A DNA stretch of 64,000 bases from Chiloscyllium plagiosum. Lineage: Eukaryota. The stretch lies in contig NC_057719.1 in the NCBI RefSeq assembly GCF_004010195.1, positions 61,852,987 through 61,916,986 on the forward strand. Direction: 5' to 3'. Both the position numbers and the translations under genes were made by a program. The number at the start of each line of letters is the position of its first letter. The stretch's first letter is position 1. The notes under the pieces were generated by a model. That model searched no databases. It saw nothing but the letters and a program-made list of their open reading frames with translations, and had not been told where the DNA came from. Positions 29,060 through 39,726 of the stretch are shown here, one piece after another.

Positions 29060-30490
29060 GTTGCCCTTATGAAGGTGATGGTAAGCTTCCTTTTGAACTG
29101 CTGCAGTCCACGTGCCGAAGGCAGGCCCACAATGCCGTTAGAAGGGAATTCTTGGATTTTGACCCAGCGACAGTGAAGGAACGACAATATATTTTCAAGT
29201 CAGAATGGCGAGTGGCATGGGAGAGAACTTGCAGATGGCACTTTCCCATCTATCTGCTGCCCTTGTATTTCCAACTAGTTGCAGGTTTGGAAGGGGCTGG
29301 CAAAGCATCTTGGGAGAATTTCAGCAATGCATCTTGTAGATAGTACACACTGCTGCTACTTAGTATCAGTAATGCAGAGAATGGATGCTTGTCGTTGTGC
29401 TACCAATCAAGCAGGTTTCATTATCCTTGTGGAATCCCCACAGCATGAAAACAGTTCACTCGGCCCATTAAGTCCACATCGACCCTCTGAAGAGCATCTC
29501 ACCCTATCCCTGCAACCTTGCACCTCCTATGGCTAATCTACCTAGCCTACACATCAATGAATATTTGGGCAGGAGTTGAGTGGTCAGGTGGTCAGGAGTT
29601 GAGGGTCCTGGAAAGATCCAAACTGGACATCAGTGAGTTGGTGCTGCTTGATAGCATTGTTGATGATTCAATCACCAGTAACCTGATGGAAGGTAAGTAG
29701 ATTGATGGGGAGGTACTTGGCCAGGTCAGATTTGTCCTGTTTTTTTTTTCCTGTATATCAGACATATGTGGGCTACTTGCCAGAGTGCAGCAAGTTCTGG
29801 AGCACAAGTTTTCAATACTATTCCCAGAATGCTGTTAAAGACCATAGCTTTTGCAGTGTCCAGTGCCTTGAACCCTCCTCTTGATGTCACGGAGTGAGAT
29901 GAATTAGTTTTAGACTAGCATCTGTCATGCTAGCAACCTCTAGAGAATGCATTCACTCAGCACTTGGGCTGAAGATTGTTGCAAATGCATCAGCCTTACA
30001 CTGTGCACTGACATACTGGGCTCTCCCTTTATTGAGGATCATTGATATCTTTGGAACCTCCTCGTCTCGTGAGTTGCTTGATTTCCATCAACATTCACGT
30101 CTGGATATGGCAGAACTGCAGAGGTTATATCTGGTCCATTGGTTGTGGAATTGCTTAGCTCTGTCTATCACTGCTGCACGTGCTATTTGGTTGACAAATA
30201 ATCCTGTTCTACAGCTTCAAGCCAAAACATTATGTTTAGGTGTGCCGGGTGCTGTCCTGAAATACCCTCCTGCACTGAAGCAGGTTTGATCCCCTAGCTT
30301 GACGGTAATGGAGTAGAGGATTTGCTTGGTTATGAAGTTGCAGAACAATTCTGCTGCTGCTGCAGATGGCCACAGTGCCTCACGAATGTCCAGTCTTGAG
30401 CTGCCAAATCTGTTTGAAGTCTGTCCCATTCAGTATGGTGACAGTGTCACACAATATAATGTCAATCATTACCAATGTGAAGACAGGATT
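29060..30490 (-). mobile_element. L2/CR1-group LINE fragments (same family also at ~12710-13340, 16640-17110, 19030-19800, 32900-33230, 57930-58620)
   Basis: Shared segments such as ttttgacccagcgacagtgaaggaacg and ctgctgctgctgatggcc. Confidence 0.6.
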
Positions 30491-33400
30491 TGCAAAGAAC
30501 AATTTGCAAAGAAGGCTTAAGCCCAAACTAACACCCAATTCTTCTGCATAAAATTATACCAAGCTATCTAACAGCATAACCATCCATGTGCACTAAGCTG
30601 GCCAACTCCTTAAAAGGACTTTAAAGAGCTTCAGACATGAGATGATTTATTAAAATTTATGACATGGAGACATTAGGAGTCAATTTAAATCAATGAGGCT
30701 AAAGATGTCAAGTGAACACTATTCAACTGGTGCAGACAAGCCTCACCAGTACATTTTCAGATGAGGTAAAACAAGATGGAGACAGAAGTTTGGAGGGAGG
30801 AGGATCGGTGAATAAACAAGGGCAAGAGGAGGGGGAAGAGGAGGGATGAGACAGGGCAGATTGCAGAGGAAAGAAAGTGTGGGATGAGAGGAGAGGGGCA
30901 GAGAGATTTGTTTCTTAGTCGTTCATATTCACTGCATATTTATATATTTGAAATGCATTCAGACAGCAATATTCCAAAGTAAGTGTATCTTTGAATTGAT
31001 AATTACAGTGCATAGTTAAAAATTACTAGAAATGATGGGAATGAATGCAGTATACCCGAGAAAATTTCCTTCTCCTCTGTAAGAGCAGACACCATCTTAT
31101 TTTCATAAATACAGTAATTTGTAATGCTACCTTGATCAAAATAAAAACAATATTTATTTTCTTGACATTAAATACCAACTGCAGCTCTGAACAGCTCATC
31201 CTTTCAGTCTTTGTTGGACAGGAGACAAGTCTTAACTGAATCATCATCAGTCCAGCAGAGCTGGCAAGAGCACAACATGGATAGAAAAAGGAGCGAGTGT
31301 GTGTAAGAGACCAATGGAATAAGTGATAACAGTGGAGATAGAAGAAACTGTTAGAGGGGGAGGTCTTGTGAGACCTTTGGGATAATGCGCACACAGGAAA
31401 GGGAGAATAAAACTCTCTACAAGACCAGCAAGAGGGGAGGGGGGAAAGAGCAAGGTGAGGAGGGGGAAGAGCGGGGGGGGGGGGGAGGGGGAGGAGCGCG
31501 GGGTGGGAGGGAGACAGAAATAGAGACAGAGACACACATATCGCGAGTTTCTGAAGAATATTAAAATGTGACATCACAGTAAATGGAGTACGAGATTAGT
31601 TGGTGAGTACTTTGTTTCTAACACAACGTGGTTCAGTGTTTCAAATTTGGAGCTGAGAAATTAAGAATTTAAATCAGATAAGTCAATTTGTTACCTTATT
31701 AATAATAGGCAAGTTTATTAGCAGCAGTAAGATTTATTAGTAATAAATCATAATGATAAGGCTGCTGTAATCCCCAAGTGCACATCCCATGCTGTGTGGG
31801 AATTCCAGGTTGTTTCTATTTATTGGATAACCATCTGAGCAGGAAATGCTGTCAGTTGCAACTTGGAATCTAGGCTCAGAAGGTAAGCAACAGCTTGGGC
31901 CACTCTCACCCATCATGAGATTGACAGCTTCATAGATAGCACATTAATTGAGTGATCACCATGCAGTTTAGGAGCACGCAAAACATAAGTCAGGACTTGT
32001 AATGGAATAATCTCCATTTGTCTGGATGAGTGCAGTTCCAGAACAGTCAAAAAGCCTATCCAAGACAAAACAGCTCAATTGGCACCACATCCACAAATAT
32101 GCATTACTTCCATCAACATAAAGTCATACAGTAAGGAAAAAAACTCTTCAATCCAACTAACCCACGTCGAGGACGTTTCACAAACTAAACTAATCCCTTT
32201 GTCTGCGTTTGGGCCATATCCCTCTAAACCCAACCTTTCATTAAACCTAAAGCCATATACACAATGAAAACATTAATTTCTCAAAACTGCAGTATTTAAA
32301 TTGTCACAGCAAGCATAAGATTGCAGCAAGCTTTTTCTTAAAACACACTTCCGTATATCGAAATCCATCACATTAAAACTCACCTATTGCAGTGGTAAGA
32401 TCAAAGCTGATTGTTTGCATGATTGTTGCTCATAGTGTAACTGCATCTCAAGTAGTTCACTGTATGTGAAACTCTTTGAGATGTGATAATACACAAGTGA
32501 AAATCTCTGAGAAATAAACGTGGTCTATGTTGTTATCCGGTTGCAAATTGTTCATTGCATTGCCTTCCACTACTTATTTCCTATATATTATCTCATGAAC
32601 ATCTGCAGCCTTAAGCTAAGGAATTCATTACCTTAGTGACTTCCAGTTTTCTTGATTCCGAGTTAACTGAGTATTTCTTTGCTGAAAAATTTTAAACTGC
32701 TTGCTTCCATTTACAGCTCCTTTTCACTCCTTTATATCCTTTCACCTCTTCGCAGCCATTCTCTCCACTTCTGCAATCCCCTCTCCCCACTCCTCTTTCT
32801 CTCCTTTTCAACCTCTCCTTCTCTTTTGCTGCCCTCTTCTCCCTTTTGTCACTTGTCCTGCAGGGGTCTCAGCCTACTACCTTCGCCCAGAATACCCGAG
32901 GTTGTGCAGTAGCAGCAGTGTCTACCAAATTCAAAGTTGCACTGCAGAAATTTAGCAAGGCTCCTTCACCAAAACCTTTAAAACCCACAAATACTACCAT
33001 CTGTAAGGATAAGGGCACCAAATAGATGGAAATGCCATCACTTACAAACTGCTCTCAAAGTCACTTGCCATCCTGACTTGAAAATATATCACTATTCTTT
33101 TATTGCCACTAATCAACATCCTAGAATTCTCTCCTCAACAGTGCTGTTGTTGTCCCCAGATGTTAGCAGTTCGAAAAAAGCAGTTCATGACCACCATCTC
33201 AGGGGCAATTAGGGATGGGTCAATAACACTAGCTAGCAAAGCCAAATTATAGAAACAGAACGGATAGGTAACAAGAGGCAGTCAGGAATAAACAGGTGGA
33301 CAGTGTCCGAGCCCCCTGAATGCATCCCACTCTCCAACCAGTATTCAGTCTTCAATTGGGGGTTGGTTGTGCAGAGAGACACAAGGTTGAGAAGCACAAC

Positions 33401-33776
33401 AGTGAAAGATGATATGGAAGTAGACATTTCTGTGACCACAGACATACACCATACGTGACCAGGATGCTGCACTGTTCCCTCCTGCCAGAGTCAACATTGT
33501 TATTATGAAGACAGAGGGGAACGACTCGCAATTGATGATAACATTGGGACTTGCAACATGCATAGAAAAGAAGGTGCCATGCTGCAACCAGCGTTTACAA
33601 GGTTAAGTAGGAAATTAGCAAACTTGGACCTCAAAAGTATTCATCTCCAGATTATTCCCAGCTACTTGTGCAATGGGGAAAAAACAAAAAGGATAATATG
33701 AAGCCTGCAGAAAAGTTGGTGGTTCGGAAATTGTTTTAGACTCCTGGAGTACTGGGACTGGCTCTCATGGTAATGG

Positions 33777-33993
33777 GATGGAAATGTGTTGCTGGAAAAG
33801 CGCAGCAGGTCAGGCAGCATCTAGGGAACAGGAGAATCGACGTTTCGGGCATTAGCCCTTCTTCAGTTTCCTGAAGAAGGGCTAATGCCCGAAACGTCGA
33901 TTCTCCTGTTCCCTAGATGCTGCCTGACCTGCTGCGCTTTTCCAGCAACACATTTCCATCTCTGATCTCCAGCATCTGCAGACCTCACTTTCT
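33777..33993. mobile_element. Perfect fold-back PLE mini-element (family A) with hammerhead motifs
   Basis: Arms 33777-33866 and 33871-33960 are exact reverse complements (90 bp) around loop TTTC; 33-nt tail; 14-bp TSD TCTCATGGTAATGG at 33763-33776 and 33994-34007. Confidence 0.92.
33868..33902 (+). ncRNA. Minimal type I hammerhead ribozyme motif, intact core
   Basis: CTGAAGA-A-GGGC-taat-GCCC-GAAAC-GTC|GA; palindromic ACGT stem III; predicted cleavage after 33898; mirror core on minus at 33839-33866. Confidence 0.8.
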
Positions 33994-35248
33994 TCTCATG
34001 GTAATGGACTATGTATAGGCCAGGACTGAGTTCCTTGAACTGTAACTAGGCTTTTTTTGGTGTGGGTTATATTTAAACTAATTCAGCAAAGTGGGAACCA
34101 CAAAGCAATATTGAAGAAACCACTAGGATATTGGGAGAGAAACATAGCATTAGACTAGCATATGATTCGAAATGGCAAATATAATAAAGCTCAAATTAGG
34201 ATTACTGTGCAAGTATGTGAATGAACATAATGTGGTAAATAACACTGGCCCATGACAGGCACAGATTGCCATATGCTCAACAGAGTTAGGAAGGAATAAG
34301 CAGAAGACAGTATTCGTTAAAGAGAATGTTGCAGGGCTGAAGAGAGGGATAGCAGAATCTATTTAGCTAGCACTTTTTGTAAAAGGTGGATTATGGCTTG
34401 ATTAATGCACAGTAAACAGTAGAATTAAACAGTTAGTTCTTTAGGTTAGTAGACTATAATTAGTGGGTGAGCAATCAGTACTTGTGCGCCAATGATGTGA
34501 ACGTGGGGGCCAAATGTAATACATTCATAAAACTAGATAGGATTATTAGTTGTGAGGAGGAATGAGAGATTTCAAGGGGATTTAGACAGACTCCGTAAGT
34601 AGGATAACAGATAAAGTAGATGGAAGATGACATAGAAAAAGTGTACTTCTCTACTTGGAGGGAAAAAAAATGCACAGTAATTCTTAAATGTCAAAGTACT
34701 GATGTCCAAAGTGAACTGGGTGATGCCAGTGTGGCAAATGGTTAGGATGGTGAATGCTCTATTGGCCTTCACACAACAGCATTCAAGCACATGAGTAACG
34801 TTAACTTATTTATATTCTATCTAACCTTGGTGACACTGTACCTGGAACATTAAGTATAGCTTTTAATCTCATGACCAAGGTAAGGTACACTTGCGACAAA
34901 AGGAGTACAGACAGGTTCCTCAGAGTAATTCTTGGAATGACAGGATTGTCCTCTGACAGAATAGGGAGATTGGGCCGATATTTAAGAATTAAGAATGAGA
35001 GCTGATCTTAATTAAGCTTGCAAAGTTCTTAATGGAACAGCCAGGGTGTACACTGAAAGGATGTTTCCTTTAGTTGGGGAGTCTATATACATGGAACATA
35101 GCTTCAAAATTTAGGGCTTATAGATACAGCACACAAGTAGACCCTTCAGTCCAACTGGTCTATACTGACCAGGTTTCGCAAACTAAACAAGCCCCATTTG
35201 TCTGTGCTTGACTGGTGATGAAAAGAATTTCCTTCATTCAGAGGATGG

Positions 35249-35788
35249 TGTTTTAAAAAATTCTCAAGGTCAGGTTCGTAGGAGTAGTCTGACACAGAAC
35301 AAACGACCAAGAGGCGAGTCTGCTAGAATATGCTTCAGCTTTTTATTCCCCGCAGCGTCGCCACAACCAGGTACAGCGGGTCTGGCTTATACTCACTCTA
35401 CATGTTACCAGAACTGGGAGCCGTCAGTTCTCGTAGAGCGGGGGGTTGCCAACAACCCACGCTCGGCGGTTAAACGTAACCCCGGAGCAGACTCACCGAA
35501 CTGGAGACTTTTCCAGCTGATATACTCTTTTCCAGATATAAACATTCATGTGAACAGCAGAGCAAGGCTAAAAAACACATTACATTCTGGTTACATACAG
35601 ATAAGAAGATTCACACGGGGAGGTGTGTAATAAGATTCACACGGGACTAAGCAACACCTCCATTCCGGTTAGATTCACACATGTATTGGGACATAATTTT
35701 TAACCGTTTCACCACATTCCACTGCTTGGCCCAATACATGTGTTACATTATGATTCACACATGTATTGGGACATAATTTTACACCACA
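35249..35788 (-). mobile_element. Solo LTR (540 bp)
   Basis: TG...CA ends; 5-bp TSD GATGG (35244-35248, 35789-35793); minus-strand TATA-like box (~35520) and AATAAA (35342-35347); internal direct repeats. Confidence 0.85.
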
Positions 35789-36199
35789 GATGGCAAATCT
35801 TTGCAATTCTTCACCCCAGAAGACTGTGGAAGCTTAGGTGATTAAGTACACTCAAGACAGCGACCAATGGATTTTGACATACTGATGACATCAATGGATA
35901 TAGGACTACCACAAGAAAATAAGCACTGAGATAGATAATTTGACACGATCTAATTGAATAGCAGCACAGACACAAGGCGCTGAATGGCAATTCCTCTTTT
36001 TTGATTCTCAGGGGTCTTTGTTGGGTCCCTTGCTTTTCTTGATATTTCTTAACAAGATTGATCTTTGCGCACAATATTTGTTGACACTGCTAAACTAGGA
36101 AGCATTGTGAATCATGAGAACCATGTTTTTATGCTCCTATGGTCCAAATAAGGATAATGAGTAGTTTGAATGATAGTCTTGTAGTGGTGATGCTTCCAT

Positions 36200-36745
36200 G
36201 TATCTGGAGCAAGGAGGTTATGCTCAACTTGAATAAAACATTACTTCAACTGCAGCACTGCATCTCGTGCTGGGCACCACACCTCGGAAAGATGTGATAA
36301 CATCAGAAAGAGTGCAAAAAAAATACACAAAATCAGTTCCAGGAATAAGGAACTTCAATTATGTGGAAAAGTTGAGACAGTTCTCCTTGGAGAAGAGAAA
36401 GGTGACCGAACATTTGATGAAGATATTCAGAATATTGAGAGTTCTGGGCAAAGTAGACAGGAAAAAACTATTCCAGTGGCAGAAAAATCAAGAACAGAGT
36501 TTCAGGTCACTGGCCAAAAAAGCAATGGAGAAAAAGGATAAAGCTAGTGAAGATCTGGAATGATGTGAAAGCAGGTTCAGTTAAGGCACATAAGAGGAAA
36601 TGGGATTATTTTTTGAAAAGAAAGATGCATTGTTATGGAGAGAAGATGAGGGAATGACATCAAGTGTGTTGGTTATTTGGAGGGCCAGCACAGACATGAT
36701 GGGTTAAACAACTTGCTTCTGTGATGTTACAATTCTAGTTTCTAG
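36200..36745 (+). mobile_element. CR1 LINE 3' fragment
   Basis: ORF 36267-36563 RKDVITSERVQKKYTK...FSLEKRK. Confidence 0.7.
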
Positions 36746-38616
36746 GAATCCTTGAAAAAAGTTCCATAGAAGACAGAATAATTAGAATTACTTATAAATC
36801 TGCAATCATTTAGCACAAAGCAATCACAATAGTCATAATCATTTAATAATTAATCAAGCAAACGGAAACCTGCTGTGCCATGCATCAAATTAACTTGATT
36901 TTGAAGAGTAAGAAAAGCTTTCACTGGCATAACACTTGAGCTAATTACATCAGCACAATTATTAACTGGAAAATCATAGTATCGCAAACCTGACAACACA
37001 ACAATAAGCAAAATCATAATGAGCTCCAACACCACAACCTTAATACCACAAGACAGCTTCCTTCCATCCATGATTGTCACCGTATGCTAAAATGTACGCT
37101 CATTTTACGAAATTAACAAAGAAAACGCAAGGGATAATTTGTTCCACAGTATCAACATCTTGTACTGCATCACAGCATAATTTAAAATACAAAAAAACAA
37201 TCTGAGTGCATCAAAAAACAAACAAGTAAAAACTGTTTCCTGATAGCATGGGGATATCTTTTCATTGGAAGTTTTCCATCTATGGACTTTTGACAAGGTG
37301 TTTAATAAAGTGCTACAAAATAAATGTCTTAATAAAATTTAAGTTGACATGATTAAAAGAGCAAAGGAAACACAGCTATAAAAGTTGGCAAAGGGACAGA
37401 AAGTAGAGAATAACAGCATTGAGTTGTTTTTGAGACTAGAGAGATTTACTACAGTGATACTGAGCTTCAATTATATCGAGAGGTTAGAGAAACTGAGATT
37501 ATCATCCTCCAAGTAGCTGCAAAGAGGAGATTAAATACAGAGATGCAAAATTATGAGGAGTGTAAGGAAGAAGAAACTGGTAGGTGGGACAGTAACTAGA
37601 GGGCACAAATGAATATTACCTGGCAGAGACCAGGAAGAAAATGAGATTTCTTTTAAACACTAGTTATAATGATCTGGAATTGTTTGATTGGGCAGCAGAA
37701 GCAGATTAGTGTTAAAGGTTTTTATTATTTAGAAATACAAATTTTAATATGTGTTTTGATTCCAGCTCTGAGATGTTAAGTTCTTTGTCACAAAAAAGTC
37801 AAAGTTGTTTGGAACATTGAACTAAATACATAAATCACAAGCTTTCTTGGAAGTTAAGTTAAGAAAACTACCTCTGAAGTTAATTTCTGAACTGTTTACA
37901 GTGTTCAGTTTTATGACAAACAAACACAAAACAGCAAGGGCCACTGGCAGCTTGAATTCAGTTCAAGAGAATCTAGTTTCAGTTTAGTAGTTTCATCCAA
38001 GCAGAAAATCAGTTTCACAAAATAAAGGCAGTTTGTTAGTTTATTAGATTGTTAGTTTGAATTTCCAAGTTAAGAGAGCTCATAGCAGTTTCCTGCTATC
38101 AAAACCAAAATATGATCCAGGCCCTCAGAACAGCAAAGATGTTTCTGGAGTATCTGTAAAGCACCCAGAAAAAAAGTTGAATCTTCATTTTTCTTGATTA
38201 TGTAATGATCTTTCTGCACTGGCACAAATAGCTTTGTTTGTTCCTTTGGTTCAAATACGCTCAGTGTTAAAGAACATTGGCAGCCCCATGTGAACATGTT
38301 CAGTGACTAACCATCCTGATAACTGAACTGCAAACTAAAACATATGATCGATCAAGCCATGTTTCATTCTAAATACTGACATGCCCAGTATTACCATCAG
38401 CCAAGATCACATCAGATCCAATAGTAACTTTCAAGGGAAAACAGGATATATAGTCAAAAGCAAAAAGTTTAAAAGCTTTCTTGCAAAGATTGGGCAATAG
38501 CTTAGTGGTATCAATAAGCCAGTAGTCAAAATATCCTCCTTGTATCCAAACAAGGAATCTAAAATATTTCACAGATGCTGTTAGACTTGAATTCAAACGT
38601 ATTATATAGGTCCTAC

Positions 38617-38752
38617 CTGTAGATTCAATGTACTCCACACATCTTTCAATAAAATGTGGTACAGGATGATCAGGAGTAACCACGTCTTCAAGAGGCACTC
38701 CAAAGTAATTGCTGTCCCAATTTCTTCTTGATGGCAAAGTAGGTTTCTGTCC
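38617..38752 (-). CDS. ARHGAP5: ARHGAP5 coding exon (start of RhoGAP domain: [25 protein letters not shown]...CVEYIESTG)
   Basis: Acceptor ctcttcaaAG|GGA (phase 0) and donor ACAG|GTAGGA (phase 1); 136 nt; FGVPL and P-F-CVE RhoGAP motifs. Confidence 0.93.
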
Positions 38753-39386
38753 CTTTGAAGAGTAATAATTATAAAATGACCAAATTGAACATTTTATGGA
38801 TCATTATAGAAAGTTAAAATATTAAATCAATTACCTTTCTGCACACAGTGCTCACATGGATCAGAAACAGACAATTAGATACTAAACTATGATTTCACAA
38901 ACTGTTCATAATTGGCATAATCTGCACAAGTTACCTTTCTTGACAAATTACTGCTTCCTATTACCATGCCTCCCCAACCCGATGACTGAATTTCCATAAA
39001 TTAAAATGCCATTTCCCTTCCAGCACATCTGTAGAGCATTGTACTGAAAATATTAGTCGTCAGAATGGCATCAACTTTACTTTTGTAATACAAAGTATTG
39101 CTTTCATTTCAAAATATATGTCAATAAAACTCAAATTATTTTTTGAAAATACTGCCTTCAAATGTTGATAGGTATTCCAAATTAGACAGACAGCTAGTCA
39201 AATAGAGCTCAAAAGAGAGCCACTGAAAACAAGATACTTGGAAAACTGACATCTGAATCAATGTCATGCAACTTCCTGGGCTGACATCTACAAGCACTTG
39301 GGAAACAGGGCGAGAGGACAGCAAATGGGACCAGCTGGACCTGAAATTGAAAATAGTCTCCTGATAAGTAACTTAGTTACACACTT

Positions 39387-39504
39387 GAGAATGCTAGAGA
39401 AACTCAGCAGGTCTAGCAACATCGGAGCAGATACTGCCAGATCTGCTAAGTTTCTGGAGCGTTCTCAAGGTTTGTGTCAGATTTCCAGTATTACAGTATT
39501 TTGC
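39387..39504. repeat. Short degenerate fold-back element with one-sided tail
   Basis: Imperfect 32-bp arms 39387-39418 / 39435-39466 plus a ~38-nt tail; related fragment at 58640-58730. Confidence 0.55.
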
Positions 39505-39726
39505 ACATATTTTAGCTCCAGGCCAGGTTTCTTTTGCAATTTAGTTATCTTTTGATTAACGCCATCAAAATTTCCTTTATAAAACAAGTTAAGTGATGCA
39601 TAATGATGGGTCAATGCAATTATTATTCAAAACAAAGATTCAGACATCTGAACAATCAGGTCAGACCATTATTTGAAAAACACAATGGCATGCAAATAAT
39701 ACAAACATAAATTTAAAAAAACTTAC

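Larger units (their letters stand above)
33270..36000 (+). mobile_element. Degenerate CR1 LINE hosting the hairpin element and the solo LTR
   Basis: CR1-like ORF2 remnants and 3' end; the sequence resumes across both insertions. Confidence 0.6.

Noticed and set aside
31128..31140. 13-nt match (TACCTTGATCAAA) to the exon 4 donor end, suggesting a duplicated exon
   Set aside because: Upstream sequence does not encode the RhoGAP segment; likely chance.
38744..38752. Alternative in-frame acceptor CAG 6 nt into exon 3
   Set aside because: Possible but unsupported without transcript data.
39661..39726. Hydrophobic 21-aa C-terminal extension of the big ORF
   Set aside because: It follows a consensus AG|GTAAGT donor, so it is T-rich intron read-through; no evidence for an isoform.
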